DNA from: Candidatus Gastranaerophilales bacterium
GTDB lineage: Bacteria > Cyanobacteriota > Vampirovibrionia > Gastranaerophilales > Gastranaerophilaceae
NCBI GenBank assembly: GCA_944322725.1
Contig: CALUPU010000007.1
Location: 8,601 to 72,600 of the forward strand
Direction of reading: 5' to 3'
DNA: 64,000 bases
Part shown: piece by piece, positions 36,279 to 46,609 of the stretch
Position numbering within the stretch: position 1 is the stretch's first letter
Layout: every line of letters begins with the position of its first letter
Translations under genes and position numbers: made by a program
Notes under the pieces: generated by a model
The model's database searches: none
Told to the model about the DNA's origin: nothing
The model's input: only the letters and a program-made list of their open reading frames with translations

Positions 36279-36309
36279 AGTCAATATTCTGAACTTTGTT
36301 TATAAAATT

Positions 36310-36323
36310 TGACAGGAATGTCA
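36310..36323. promoter_or_regulatory. operator-like inverted repeat upstream of the XRE gene
   Basis: TGACA-ggaa-TGTCA. It shares ACAGGAATGnCA with the site at 36590-36602. Confidence 0.35.
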
Positions 36324-36344
36324 GTCCATAAATGTTGCAAAATA

Positions 36345-36554
36345 TTAAATAAAAAAATCCCTTAATGGAGTGTTAAAATAGTTGGATATTTTTTCTAATC
36401 TATCGATTGTTATATTTACTTTGCATCGTTCAAGCTTGGAAATATATGAGTTATCAAAGCCTAATGCAAGAGATAACTCTTCCCTTTTTAAATTTGTCAA
36501 GAGCCGTAACTCTTTGATTTTATTCGCAATTGTTTTTCTAGCATCTTGACTCAT
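36345..36554 (-). CDS. XRE-family HTH transcriptional regulator (69 aa), tandem paralog
   Basis: ANKIKELRLLTNLKREELSLALGFDNSYISKLERCKVNITIDRLEKISNYF is clearly paralogous to the neighbouring gene. Confidence 0.8.
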   Translation of the reverse strand: MSQDARKTIANKIKELRLLTNLKREELSLALGFDNSYISKLERCKVNITIDRLEKISNYFNTPLRDFFI

Positions 36555-36589
36555 AATCCAATAATGGATTATTATTTAACACAAGTACA

Positions 36590-36602
36590 GGAATGACATT
36601 CC
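36590..36602. promoter_or_regulatory. operator-like palindrome in the divergent XRE/TRL promoter region
   Basis: GGAATG-a-CATTCC perfect palindrome. Confidence 0.35.
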
Positions 36603-36618
36603 ATATTTGGAGATAAAT

Positions 36619-36990
36619 ATGAAAAGACTAATTCTATCACTTATGCTGCTTTGCACATTAACTCAATGCGCCCACGCTATTGGTATTAACAAATCAGCCT
36701 TCTATGACAAAGGCTTGCTTTTTTCGGGTACAACGTTTCCTCAATCTACTGCCAATGACATCAACAATGAGAATACACAAAAACAGCAAACTCTTAAAAC
36801 AGGCATGTCTGCCACAACAAACTTTCTCGGCTTAATTGAAGTAGGCAACGCTTCAATCGACTCTGCAGCAAAACGGGCTAATATTACCAAAATTCACTAC
36901 GTCGATACAAATGTCAGCAAGGTGTATATCCCCCTGCTGTTTATTCCAATCTATGCAAAAACCATAAGAACAACAGTTTACGGAGAATAA
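36619..36990 (+). CDS. TRL-like family lipoprotein/secreted protein
   Basis: Signal peptide MKRLILSLMLLCTLTQCAHA. C-terminal FLGLIEVGNASIDSAAKRANITKIHYVD..TTVYGE matches the TRL-like pattern (..GDAsI..AAk.ggI.kI..vD...YGE). GGAG RBS. Confidence 0.7.
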   Translation: MKRLILSLMLLCTLTQCAHAIGINKSAFYDKGLLFSGTTFPQSTANDINNENTQKQQTLKTGMSATTNFLGLIEVGNASIDSAAKRANITKIHYVDTNVSKVYIPLLFIPIYAKTIRTTVYGE

Positions 36991-37004
36991 AAAGGAGTAT
37001 CTCA

Positions 37005-37325
37005 ATGAAAAAATTTATTACAACAATGGCACTGCTTGCACTCACTGCCCTGTTTAGTCAAAGCATGGCAAACGCTACGGCACTTTTCTATACAGATGCA
37101 ACCTATCCTGTAACGGCAACAGGTGTAAAAGTGGAAAACCTGCATAATCTGAAAAAAGGCACTGCCTCATCCAGTAATATTCTGTACCTTATAGAAACAG
37201 GCGACGCCGGAATTGAACAGGCTGCCAAAAACGGCAATATTAAAAAAATAACATACATAGATGTTAACGAAAAAACTGTTTTTATCTTCTGGCGAAAAAT
37301 TACTGTAACGGTTTATGGCGAATAA
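37005..37325 (+). CDS. TRL-like family secreted protein
   Basis: Signal peptide followed by ALFYTDATYPVTAT..SSSNILYLIETGDAGIEQAAKNGNIKKITYIDVN..VTVYGE. Confidence 0.75.
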   Translation: MKKFITTMALLALTALFSQSMANATALFYTDATYPVTATGVKVENLHNLKKGTASSSNILYLIETGDAGIEQAAKNGNIKKITYIDVNEKTVFIFWRKITVTVYGE

Positions 37326-37335
37326 AATTTAGAAT

Positions 37336-37368
37336 AAAAAAGAGGCTTTAAAAAACCTCTTTTTTTTA
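37336..37368. terminator. bidirectional rho-independent terminator
   Basis: AAAGAGG, a 10-nt loop, CCTCTTT, with a flanking A-run and T-run. It lies between the TRL gene and the convergent rpoD. Confidence 0.65.
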
Positions 37369-37371
37369 TGA

Positions 37372-38451
37372 TTAAACTTCTACATATTCTCTTAAGCGTT
37401 TGCTTCTGTTGGGGTGTCTGAGTTTTCTTAAAGCTTTTGCTTCAATCTGTCTGATACGTTCTCTTGTAACACCGAACAACTGACCCACTTCTTCGAGTGT
37501 TCTCTGTCTGCCGTCATCCATACCGAAGCGGAGTCTTAAAACATCTCTTTCACGTGGAGACAGACCGCTCAATACTTCAGCAAGGTCTTCTCTTAAGAGT
37601 TCGTGAGCAACTGTTTTGACAGGAGCGTCAGCGTCTTTGTCTTCGATGAAATCACCGAGTCTTGAATCTTCTTCTTTACCGATAGGAGTTTCAAGAGAGA
37701 GAGGTTCTTGTGCAACTTTGATGATTTCTCTTAATTTTGAGATGGAAATATTCATTTCCTGTGCGAGTTCATCTTCGGTCGGTTTTCTTGATAACTCTTG
37801 AGCAAGTTTTCTTGTTACTTTTTTCAGCTTGTTGATAGTTTCAACCATGTGAACAGGGATACGGATAGTACGCGCCTGGTCAGCGATTGCTCTTGTGATA
37901 GCCTGACGAATCCACCATGTTGCATAAGTTGAGAATTTGTAGCCTCTTTCGTGGTCAAATTTTTCTGCCGCACGGATTAAGCCGAGGTTGCCTTCTTGAA
38001 TAAGGTCTAAGAAAAGCATTCCTCTTCCTACATATTTTTTTGCAATAGAAACAACAAGTCTCAAGTTTGCCTGAACAAGTTTTCTTTTAGCAATAGCACC
38101 TACGTTGCCGCCTTGAATAATTTTTCTGGCTAAATCGATTTCTTCATCAGCTGTTAAAAGTTTGATACGGCCGATTTCTCTTAAATACATTCTGACAGGG
38201 TCATCAAGAGAAACACCTCTGGGGACTGCCAATTGCGGTTCATCCTCAGAGTCCATATCTTCTGAAGGCTGCATATATATTTCGTCTGCTGCTGTTGAGC
38301 CGGATTTTCCGATGATTACATCAATACTGTCTGTTGTTATTGTTTCGGGTTCGCTAAATAAATCATCACCTGTTGTATCATCATCATTTTGAAGTTCGTC
38401 TTCATCAATAATACTAACGAGTGATTTGTCTGACATTCTTTTTCTGCTCAT
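37372..38451 (-). CDS. rpoD: RNA polymerase primary sigma factor (group 1, sigma-70)
   Basis: Region 2 has [36 protein letters not shown]. Region 3 has [11 protein letters not shown]. Region 4.2 has [30 protein letters not shown]. Acidic N-terminus. Confidence 0.93.
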   Translation of the reverse strand: MSRKRMSDKSLVSIIDEDELQNDDDTTGDDLFSEPETITTDSIDVIIGKSGSTAADEIYMQPSEDMDSEDEPQLAVPRGVSLDDPVRMYLREIGRIKLLTADEEIDLARKIIQGGNVGAIAKRKLVQANLRLVVSIAKKYVGRGMLFLDLIQEGNLGLIRAAEKFDHERGYKFSTYATWWIRQAITRAIADQARTIRIPVHMVETINKLKKVTRKLAQELSRKPTEDELAQEMNISISKLREIIKVAQEPLSLETPIGKEEDSRLGDFIEDKDADAPVKTVAHELLREDLAEVLSGLSPRERDVLRLRFGMDDGRQRTLEEVGQLFGVTRERIRQIEAKALRKLRHPNRSKRLREYVEV

Positions 38452-40367
38452 TAATTGTCTCCAGTTCTTAGCTTGTTTTTATTTTTTAAAAATTCTTTTA
38501 GTTGAATCTGCTGTTCAATAGCCTTTAATTCGTCGTCATTTACCTGTTTGTATTGAGAACGTAAATGACTTTGCATTTCCTTTTGTTTAAAAGCATTAAT
38601 AGTTTCAATATTTTCATTAATTGCTGTTTTAAAATCTTTTTCCGACAAATTTTTAAAACTGTCGGATAAATATATCAAATCTGTAATTAAATCTTTGACT
38701 TCATAGTCCTCGGCAAATTCTGTGTACAGGGCTTCGATTAATTCTTTAACATTATTTATCCGTCCGACCAATTTGTCAATTGTATTTTTTACAATTATTA
38801 ACGTATTATTTGTATATTCAATTTCCTTTAAAATCGCATTTAATGTTTGGATACTATATGTACTTTCAGTTATTAAATACATCGACAATAAATTTTTTTG
38901 CGCTTTTTCAGAAATATTTAAAGATTTCTTTACAATTGGTGCGAGTTTCTTTTCCTGCTTGGGCTTTGGAGAAAAAGTGTCAAACTCACCTTTTTTCAAA
39001 GACTGCTTTAACTCTGTTATAAGTGCATTTTCATCAATTTCTAAACGTGAAGCAACAATCTTTGTATATTCATTTCTGACAATGTTATTGTTAATCTCTG
39101 AAAGGTACGGAATTACTTCTTTTACAATGGCGCTTTTTTCAACCGGCGTCATCCCTTTTTTATAGGATTTTAAAACACTGTCGATTTGAAAATCCACAAG
39201 TAAGGGTGCCTTCAAAAGTTCCTGTTGATAGGCTTGTGCGCCGTTTTCTCTGATAAATTCGTCAGGGTCTTTGCCCTCGGGCGGTACAACAACCCTGAGT
39301 TCACACGAATATCTGTCAGATGTTTCTGAAATTGAAGCAAAACTTTCATCAAACTGCTTTATGCTGCCGAGTCCGGCAAAAGCTTCTTTTATTACCTCAG
39401 CGCCTCTTTTTGTCGCCATCTGTCCTGCTCTGTCCGTATCAAAAGCAAGATAAATTTTGCGGGAAGGCGTGTATCTAGATATAAGTTTTACATGGCTGTC
39501 TGTCAGCGCTGTTCCGCACGCCCCAACGGCATTTTTTACTCCGTTTACCTGTGCTGATATTACGTCAAAATACCCTTCCATAATCACTATGGAGTCATTT
39601 TCTTTTATAGCTTCTTTTGCCTGATACAGCCCGTATAAAATGTGGCTTTTATTGTAAACAACTGTATCCGGAGAGTTCAGATATTTTGGGTTTTGTCCAG
39701 CTTCTATTGCACGTGCTCCGAACGCAACAATATTGCCTTTTTCATCAAAAATCGGGATTGTAATTCTGTTTCGGAATCTGTCTATATATCCTTGAGCGTT
39801 TTCTCTCTTTATTATAAGCCCTGCTTTTTCCTGAATTTCTTCTGAATATTTTCCTTTCAATGCCTTTTGCAATCCGTCATAGGCGTTTGGTGCAAAGCCG
39901 AGCATGTATTTATTTATATTGTCGTCGCTGATTTCTCTGCCAGAGAGATATTTATACGCTTCGGAACTTTTATTTTCCAGAAGCGTCTTTTTATAAAACT
40001 CTGTTGCATCTTTCATGCAGGAGTAAATTTGTTCTTTTATATCTTTATTATCTTTTGATTTGTCAAAGCCCTGCGGGAGTTCTATACCCAGCAGTTCCGC
40101 CTGTTCTTTAACAACTTCATGGAACGACTGGTTGTTGATTTTCATAAGAAAACTCAATACATCTCCGCCCTCACCGCAGCCAAAACATTTGTATATCTGT
40201 TTTGCAGGGCTTACGCTGAAAGACGGCGTTTTTTCATTATGAAAAGGACAGCACCCCCAGTAGTTTCCTCCGGATTTTTTGAGGATTACATATTTGGAGA
40301 CAACATCGACGATATCCAGTCTGTCTTTTATCTGTGTTACAACATCTTGATAAGTTAAACCATTCAT
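38451..40367 (-). CDS. dnaG: DNA primase
   Basis: CHC2 zinc finger [26 protein letters not shown]-like core [38 protein letters not shown]. Confidence 0.93.
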   Translation of the reverse strand: MNGLTYQDVVTQIKDRLDIVDVVSKYVILKKSGGNYWGCCPFHNEKTPSFSVSPAKQIYKCFGCGEGGDVLSFLMKINNQSFHEVVKEQAELLGIELPQGFDKSKDNKDIKEQIYSCMKDATEFYKKTLLENKSSEAYKYLSGREISDDNINKYMLGFAPNAYDGLQKALKGKYSEEIQEKAGLIIKRENAQGYIDRFRNRITIPIFDEKGNIVAFGARAIEAGQNPKYLNSPDTVVYNKSHILYGLYQAKEAIKENDSIVIMEGYFDVISAQVNGVKNAVGACGTALTDSHVKLISRYTPSRKIYLAFDTDRAGQMATKRGAEVIKEAFAGLGSIKQFDESFASISETSDRYSCELRVVVPPEGKDPDEFIRENGAQAYQQELLKAPLLVDFQIDSVLKSYKKGMTPVEKSAIVKEVIPYLSEINNNIVRNEYTKIVASRLEIDENALITELKQSLKKGEFDTFSPKPKQEKKLAPIVKKSLNISEKAQKNLLSMYLITESTYSIQTLNAILKEIEYTNNTLIIVKNTIDKLVGRINNVKELIEALYTEFAEDYEVKDLITDLIYLSDSFKNLSEKDFKTAINENIETINAFKQKEMQSHLRSQYKQVNDDELKAIEQQIQLKEFLKNKNKLRTGDN

Positions 40368-40593
40368 CTTGATAAATATTATAACACAAGCAAACTGTTA
40401 CAAATGTATTACATTGTTATATACGATTTTAACGAAATTTACATTAAGTGTACTTTGGACTTTTCAAAAGTGAAAAGATATGTTAATATTCTTAATACAA
40501 TTTTTGTTAAACAGGCAATTTCTTTTCCTAATATGTTTTTAAATAAGTGTGAAGGTATAAAAAAGAAATTGTGTGTGAAAGGAAGTCTCTAAC

Positions 40594-40698
40594 ATGATGG
40601 AAGTTATTTCGAAGTTTTTTGAAGAATTGGCTGCAGGTCTTTATGAATTAGCCCCTGTATATATCTGTGTAGAATCTGATAATTATAAAAAATATTAA
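40594..40698 (+). CDS. possible 34-aa micro-ORF
   Basis: AGGAAG lies 9 nt upstream of the ATG. It would encode MMEVISKFFEELAAGLYELAPVYICVESDNYKKY. No other support. Confidence 0.2.
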   Translation: MMEVISKFFEELAAGLYELAPVYICVESDNYKKY

Positions 40699-40752
40699 TT
40701 ACGTATCGGAGTTTGGGGATTTTTACCAATAATTTTGCGCTTTGTTAAGCCT

Positions 40753-40780
40753 TTGGGTTTTGCTGTTTTTGCTGTATAAT
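40753..40780 (+). promoter_or_regulatory. candidate sigma-70 promoter for the CpaE-like gene
   Basis: TTGGGT, 16 nt of spacer, then TATAAT (preceded by TG), about 35 nt upstream of the ATG at 40815. Confidence 0.45.
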
Positions 40781-40814
40781 AATACTACGGTTGGTAAAGC
40801 AAAAGAGAATTTTT

Positions 40815-41993
40815 ATGGGCGAAAGCATTAACGTAATCATTATTGATAAAGAGGAAAATTCCAGAAATATTATAAAAAATTATCTTTCTTCATTCGGCGA
40901 TGTTAATATTTGCGGAGAGTTTTTTGATTACGATTTGGGCTGTGATTTTGCTTTAAAATCCGGCAAAGTTCTGATTTTTATTGATGTGTCTCAAGAGCCT
41001 GATAAAGCACTCGATGTTATAAAGAGGTTAAAAGAAAACTCTAAACAGTCTTATATCGTTGCTATGTCTAATAAAACATCAACTGAAACAATAATTAAAG
41101 TTATGAGAGCCGGCGCAAAAGAGTTTGTTACCAAGCCTTTTATAGAATCTGAATTTAAAACGCTTGTTGAAACTATTACTGCAGAGTTCCGAAATATTGA
41201 AACTCCGGATACCTGTAAAATTATATCTACTTTTTCAAATAAAGGCGGTATCGGAAAGACTTCTATTGCCGTTAATCTGGCTGTAGAACTTGCCCAAATG
41301 TCTAAAGAAAAAGTTGCTCTTATTGATTTAAATTTACAGCTTGGTGATGTTGCAACATTTCTGGATATGACGCCTCCGTTTGCAATGGATTATATTGCTG
41401 ATAATATCTCGCACCTTGATGAGGAAGAACTTTTGAAAACTCTTACAAGGTATAAGAATACAAGTCTTTATGTTATTGCAGATCCTTTGAACATAGATAA
41501 GTCAAAAGAAATTACAGCTGAACAAATAAAAAATATTCTTAATGCTTTGAAAAAAATATTTTCATACATTGTTATTGATATAGGCACAAATATTGACTCA
41601 AAAACAATAACTGCGCTGGACAGCAGTGATTTGATACTCTTGATTGCCATAGTGAACCTCCCTGCTATACGCAGTACTCAAAGATGTATGGATTTGTTTA
41701 ACAAACTCGGATATCCGCCTGAAAAAATCAAATTGATTTTGAACAGATACATGGAAAACGAGGATATTAAAACATCTGATATAGAAGAGGTTGTTAAACA
41801 AAAAGTTTACTGGAAAATCCCTAACAATTATCTTACAATGATGTCAGCTATTAACAAGGGAGTTCCCGTAAGCGAGATTAATTCGGAATCCAATATAGCC
41901 GTTAATTATAAGGATTTTGCTTCAAAAGTTTCGGATTATCTTATTACGCAGAAATTAAATAAGGATTACAATAACCGAGAATTAAGAATATAA
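40815..41993 (+). CDS. receiver-like domain fused to a ParA/MinD-type ATPase (CpaE/TadZ-like)
   Basis: N-terminal CheY-like fold (VIIIDKEE..LIFIDVS..VAMSNK..FVTKPF). Deviant Walker A SNKGGIGKTSIAVNLA. Start set at the ATG at 40815 rather than the upstream TTG. Confidence 0.72.
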   Translation: MGESINVIIIDKEENSRNIIKNYLSSFGDVNICGEFFDYDLGCDFALKSGKVLIFIDVSQEPDKALDVIKRLKENSKQSYIVAMSNKTSTETIIKVMRAGAKEFVTKPFIESEFKTLVETITAEFRNIETPDTCKIISTFSNKGGIGKTSIAVNLAVELAQMSKEKVALIDLNLQLGDVATFLDMTPPFAMDYIADNISHLDEEELLKTLTRYKNTSLYVIADPLNIDKSKEITAEQIKNILNALKKIFSYIVIDIGTNIDSKTITALDSSDLILLIAIVNLPAIRSTQRCMDLFNKLGYPPEKIKLILNRYMENEDIKTSDIEEVVKQKVYWKIPNNYLTMMSAINKGVPVSEINSESNIAVNYKDFASKVSDYLITQKLNKDYNNRELRI

Positions 41994-42004
41994 TTGGAGA
42001 GGAT

Positions 42005-42394
42005 ATGTCACTAAGAGACAGATTAAAAAGCAAAAAAGAAGCCAGATTATCAGCACAGAGAGGCGAGTATAAAATCTCTATTGCTAAGGTTATTAAAGCC
42101 GTAAACAAAACAAAAAATGCAGCTGATTTGGGGAATATTATTAAAGAATTTTCTAAATTTTTGAATACTTTAGAAGCGCAAAATGCCCAAATAGTTTTCA
42201 GCGGTGACTTTGATACAGGTCAAAGAACCCTGCTCAACTGTATACTTGGCAGTTTTATAGATGACGGTTCAGAGATTTTTGACTGTTCTTCGGATGAGGA
42301 GCAGGAAAATAAACCCGCTGCAAAACTCATAAGAAAGAGAAAATCTGTCAAAGCCAGGCTTGCTGAAGCTGAAGAGTCAGATAACGAAGAATAA
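42005..42394 (+). CDS. hypothetical protein (129 aa) with an acidic C-terminus
   Basis: ORF 11 nt after the CpaE-like gene with a GGAGAGG RBS. It contains IVFSGDFDTGQRTLLNCILG, which looks like a degenerate P-loop. Confidence 0.5.
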   Translation: MSLRDRLKSKKEARLSAQRGEYKISIAKVIKAVNKTKNAADLGNIIKEFSKFLNTLEAQNAQIVFSGDFDTGQRTLLNCILGSFIDDGSEIFDCSSDEEQENKPAAKLIRKRKSVKARLAEAEESDNEE

Positions 42395-42398
42395 ATTT

Positions 42399-43289
42399 CT
42401 ACAGGAAAATTTTTCCTGCATTTGTATCAAGCATTGCACTTTCTCCAATGGGAAAAGTCTGCTTTTCCTGCTCATGACCAAATTTTAGACCGCTTATTAA
42501 AGGAACTTTTAGTTCATTTGAAAGTTCTTTAAAAAATTCAGCAAAGTATCTTTCGTTATCAATTCCTGAAAAATCACCCAGCACAAGACCCGACATATTG
42601 TTTTTAAATTCTTTGATGTTCAAAAGCTGGGTAAACATTTTATCTATCTTGTATACAGGTTCATTTATATCTTCTGTGACAAAAATAAATTTTTCTTCCG
42701 GTATAAAGTCAATGCCGCACAATGACTGAATTGTCGACAAATTGCCTCCCCAAAGTACACCTGATGCTATTCCTGCATAGATTACGTTCGGTCTGTCTAT
42801 TGCAATTTCTTTTATACCATTTTCTATTACATTGAAAAATGATTGCTTTGTGTAGTCATTGATTTCCGTACCAAAGTCCGAATAAGCCATCGGGGCATTA
42901 TATGTAACAAGCCCTGTTTTTTTATATATCATCAGCTGAAGAGCTGTTATATCAGAGTATCCGCCGAAAAACTTCGGGTTATTTTTTATAGCCTCATAGT
43001 CAATTTTATCAAGAATCCTTATTGCGCCGTATCCGCCCCGGCATGCAATTATTGCATTTATATCAGGATTTTTAAAAAATTCGTTTAACGCCTGTGCTCT
43101 TGTTTCATCCTCCGCACAAAGATAATTCTTTCTTGTTTTTGCAGTGTCTGAAACAACAACATTGTAACCCTGCTGTTCAAAAAGTACTTTTGCCTTTTCA
43201 ATACGAGAAAAGTCTTTTATATCTCCTGCCACAGAAAGGAAACCTACTGTATCTCCTTTTCTTAATTTTGGCGCAATAATCTTATCCAT
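42399..43289 (-). CDS. ldcA: LD-carboxypeptidase (peptidase S66, muramoyltetrapeptide carboxypeptidase)
   Basis: LRKGDTVGFLS.., CRGGYGAIR, and GGYSDITAL (nucleophile Ser). C-terminal ..FGHEQEKQTFPIG. 296 aa. Confidence 0.85.
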   Translation of the reverse strand: MDKIIAPKLRKGDTVGFLSVAGDIKDFSRIEKAKVLFEQQGYNVVVSDTAKTRKNYLCAEDETRAQALNEFFKNPDINAIIACRGGYGAIRILDKIDYEAIKNNPKFFGGYSDITALQLMIYKKTGLVTYNAPMAYSDFGTEINDYTKQSFFNVIENGIKEIAIDRPNVIYAGIASGVLWGGNLSTIQSLCGIDFIPEEKFIFVTEDINEPVYKIDKMFTQLLNIKEFKNNMSGLVLGDFSGIDNERYFAEFFKELSNELKVPLISGLKFGHEQEKQTFPIGESAMLDTNAGKIFL

Positions 43290-43328
43290 AGTATAATTAT
43301 ATTATAGGAACAGACTTGGAGCAAAGTT

Positions 43329-45212
43329 TTGGCAGAAAGATATTTACCTCTATACAGAAAATACAGACCGCAGACATTTAAGGACTTAATCGGTCAGGAA
43401 AACATTGTAAAAGCTTTATCAAATGCGATTAATTTGAATAAAATTTCGCATGCGTATCTTCTTTGCGGACCGAGAGGAACAGGCAAAACAACCACTGCAA
43501 GGATTATAGCAAAATCATTGAATTGTGCACAGGGGCCGACACTGGAACCCTGCGGTGAATGTCCGAGTTGTAAAGATATAGCAAACTCTACACCTATTGA
43601 CGTTATTGAAATAGATGCTGCGTCAAACAGAAAAGTTGAAGATGCAAGAAACATCTTAGAAAAAATTCAGTTTGTGCCTGTGAACGGCCGCTTTAAAATC
43701 TATATCATAGATGAAGTTCACATGCTTACAACAGAAGCTTTTAATACACTGCTCAAAACACTTGAAGAACCGCCTGAAAATGTTATCTTTATACTTGCAA
43801 CAACAGAACCTCACAAAGTTCTGGATACTATTATTTCACGCTGTCAGAGATTTGATTTTAGAAGAATCACGACAGAGGATATTGTTGCTAGACTAAAATA
43901 TATATGTGAACAGGAAAAAATTAGCATTACAGAAGATGCCTTGTTCACAATCGCCCGCAGTTCAGCCGGTGGTATGAGAGATTCACTTGCTCTTTTAGAC
44001 CAGATAAGCGTTCTTGATGCAGACAAGGAAATAACATCTGATGACGTTAATGAAATGCTTGGCAGGCTGTCCTTTGAAATACTCTATGACCTAAGCACGG
44101 CAATAATAAATTCTGATACTCAGGCGGCTATTACATTGTTAGATAAGGTTTACAACAAAGGTAACGAACCTTTTCAGATAATTACAAACCTTATACAGTA
44201 TTTCAGAAATCTGCTTGTTGTTAAAAACTGTACTGACAGGTCAATTGCTTCTGAACTTACACAGCTTAGCGAGGCTCATATTCTGAAACAAAGAGAGCAG
44301 TCTGAAACTATCGAACCAGAACAGATTCTTTATACAATAGAAAGGCTTTCTTTCTATTCAAAAGAAATAAAAGAAACGACAAACAGGTATTTGTGGCTTG
44401 AATTGTGTATTATAGAACTTGCTTCAAATATCAAATTTAGTTCATATTCACAGCTTTTAGACAGGATAGAAAAGCTGGAGGCAAGCGTAGTATCAGGAGA
44501 TATTAAGCCTTCTTCCGTTGCACCTGCCCCTGTTTTTAAACCTTCAATAAAACATCAGGAACCTGAATTTTCTCAAGCATCGCAGCAGGCAGTACAAAAA
44601 GAAGAACCTGCTCCTGTAAATAAAGATGAACACATGGTTGAGCCTGAAATTCAACAGCAGGTACCAACTGTTGAACAGCCACTACCAGCAAAGCCTCAGA
44701 TGTCTGCTCCGGCAGATGCAGGGCAAGACTTAGCTTCTGCTTGGCAGGGTATTTTGCAGAATATAGACAGTATTCCTTCGAGAATGTTTTTCTATAATCT
44801 GTCTAAACCCTTAGAATTAACTCCCCAAGGGGTTACAATAGCGTTTATGAAAGAGATTTTTGTTAAGCAGGCGCAGGAGGATTCTAAAAATGCACCGCTT
44901 AAAAAGGCTGCAATGAATTATTTTGGTGTTGATGATATAAATATCCACATAAAACTTGCTGACTCAAATGACGTTCCTGCTGTAAAACCCGCACTGGAAA
45001 ATCTAGAAAGAAAAACACCTCAGACACCTTCCGTTCAAGTATCTAATGCTGTAGATTCGTCAGAAGAAGAGAACGCACAGCTTTTAAAGGAAACATTTCA
45101 GCCGGCTGTAAAAGAAACGCCTGTTCAAAAATCATCGGATGATATACCCGAACATCTGTCTGAACAATCAAAAATGGTTGTTGAACTTTTTAACGGCAAA
45201 TATATTGAATAA
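43329..45212 (+). CDS. dnaX: DNA polymerase III subunit gamma/tau
   Basis: TTG start preceded by GGAG. LYRKYRPQTFKDLIGQ, GPRGTGKTT, Zn module CGECPSC, IIDEVHML, SRCQRF. Pro/Gln-rich linker and tau C-terminal region. Confidence 0.92.
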   Translation: MAERYLPLYRKYRPQTFKDLIGQENIVKALSNAINLNKISHAYLLCGPRGTGKTTTARIIAKSLNCAQGPTLEPCGECPSCKDIANSTPIDVIEIDAASNRKVEDARNILEKIQFVPVNGRFKIYIIDEVHMLTTEAFNTLLKTLEEPPENVIFILATTEPHKVLDTIISRCQRFDFRRITTEDIVARLKYICEQEKISITEDALFTIARSSAGGMRDSLALLDQISVLDADKEITSDDVNEMLGRLSFEILYDLSTAIINSDTQAAITLLDKVYNKGNEPFQIITNLIQYFRNLLVVKNCTDRSIASELTQLSEAHILKQREQSETIEPEQILYTIERLSFYSKEIKETTNRYLWLELCIIELASNIKFSSYSQLLDRIEKLEASVVSGDIKPSSVAPAPVFKPSIKHQEPEFSQASQQAVQKEEPAPVNKDEHMVEPEIQQQVPTVEQPLPAKPQMSAPADAGQDLASAWQGILQNIDSIPSRMFFYNLSKPLELTPQGVTIAFMKEIFVKQAQEDSKNAPLKKAAMNYFGVDDINIHIKLADSNDVPAVKPALENLERKTPQTPSVQVSNAVDSSEEENAQLLKETFQPAVKETPVQKSSDDIPEHLSEQSKMVVELFNGKYIE

Positions 45213-45227
45213 AGCAAAAAAGTATAT

Positions 45228-45260
45228 AAAAAAAGAAACTCTTTTTAGAGTTTCTTTTTT
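45228..45260. terminator. bidirectional rho-independent terminator
   Basis: AGAAACTCT-tttt-AGAGTTTCT hairpin with a flanking A-run and T-run, between convergent dnaX and fabF. Confidence 0.8.
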
Positions 45261-45279
45261 GCTTCTGCTAAATATCTTT

Positions 45280-46536
45280 TTATGCTTCGTACTTTTTGAA
45301 AAGTATTGATGCATTGTGTCCGCCAAAACCAAAAGAGTTTGTTAAAGCATATTTAACATCTGCTTTTTGTGCTTTGTGCGGTACATAGTTCAGATTTGCA
45401 ACAGCTTCATCCTGGTTATCAAGATTGATTGTAGGTGGAACTATGCTGTTATTTATAGTTTTGATACAAACAATAGACTCTGCTGCGCCTGTTGCACCGA
45501 GCATGTGTCCGTGCATAGATTTTGTAGAACTTACTTTCAAATCAGGATTTGTAGAAAGGTCGCCAAATACTCTTGCAATAGCTTGAGATTCAGCAATATC
45601 GCCAAGACCTGTACTTGTACCGTGAGCGTTTACATAATCAACATCTTTAGGTTGAATACCTGCATCCTTAACTGCAAGTTCCATAGCTTTTGCAGCACCT
45701 GCTCCGTCAGAAGCCGGAGCAACAATGTCATAAGCATCAGCTGTTTGACCATAACCTACAACTTCTGCATAAATTTTTGCGCCGCGTTTTTTAGCATGTT
45801 CAAGTTCTTCAAGAACCAGAACTGCTGCTCCTTCTGACATAATAAAACCGTCACGGTCTTTGTCATAAGGACGGGAAGCCTTTTGCGGTTCGTCATTGTG
45901 TTTTGATAATGTTCTTGCACTTGTGAAAGCGCCTATACCAAGTTTTGTAATAACTGCTTCTGCTCCGCCAGCAACAACTACATCAGCATCATCCCATTGA
46001 ATAGAACGGAAAGCATCACCTACTGAGTGAGCAGATGTTGCACAAGCTGTAACAACTGCTTTGTTAACGCCTTTTGCACCGTGCTTGATAGAAATTCTGC
46101 CTGCTCCCATATCTGCAATAATCATAGGAACTGTAAACGGTGAACATTTTGTAGGTCCTTTTGCTGTAATAATATCATGTTGTTTTTCAAAAGTATCGAA
46201 ACCGCCTGCTGCAGAACCGACTATGACACCGTATCTGTACGGGTCAACATTTTCGCCTGCAACAATACCGGAGTCAGCAATTGCTTCATCAGCAGCAACC
46301 ATTGCAAACTGGTTATATCTGTCCATTCTTCTTGCTTCTTTGGGGTCAAGATATTCTTCAGGTTTGAAATCTTTGATTTCACCGGCAATATGAACGGTAT
46401 GACCTTCAAGCGAAATATTTTCGATAGTAGAAATACCGCTTTTTCCTTCTAAAAGACTGTTCCAAAACTTGTCAACACCGACTCCGAACGGAGAAACAAT
46501 CCCTAAACCTGTAACAACAACTCTTCTTTTACTCAT
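45280..46536 (-). CDS. fabF: 3-oxoacyl-ACP synthase II
   Basis: RRVVVTGLG, active-site ACATSAHS, HGTSTGLGD, GHMLGATG, SFGFGGHN. 418 aa. Confidence 0.95.
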   Translation of the reverse strand: MSKRRVVVTGLGIVSPFGVGVDKFWNSLLEGKSGISTIENISLEGHTVHIAGEIKDFKPEEYLDPKEARRMDRYNQFAMVAADEAIADSGIVAGENVDPYRYGVIVGSAAGGFDTFEKQHDIITAKGPTKCSPFTVPMIIADMGAGRISIKHGAKGVNKAVVTACATSAHSVGDAFRSIQWDDADVVVAGGAEAVITKLGIGAFTSARTLSKHNDEPQKASRPYDKDRDGFIMSEGAAVLVLEELEHAKKRGAKIYAEVVGYGQTADAYDIVAPASDGAGAAKAMELAVKDAGIQPKDVDYVNAHGTSTGLGDIAESQAIARVFGDLSTNPDLKVSSTKSMHGHMLGATGAAESIVCIKTINNSIVPPTINLDNQDEAVANLNYVPHKAQKADVKYALTNSFGFGGHNASILFKKYEA

Positions 46537-46609
46537 TACTAGAACCTTTTCATAAACTCAAAATAAAAGTCAAAATAAAAGGGATTCCAAACAAAAATAC
46601 TATCCCTTT

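Noticed and set aside
40404-40592. 62-aa ORF in the AT-rich dnaG upstream region
   Set aside because: No RBS, and an Ile/Asn/Lys/Phe composition expected from AT-rich non-coding DNA. It lies in a promoter-type intergenic region.
43329-45212. dnaX programmed frameshift site producing the gamma subunit
   Set aside because: No A-AAA-AAG-type heptamer was found by eye in the expected central region; only AAAAAGA and AAAAAGG variants were seen. It cannot be supported from the sequence.
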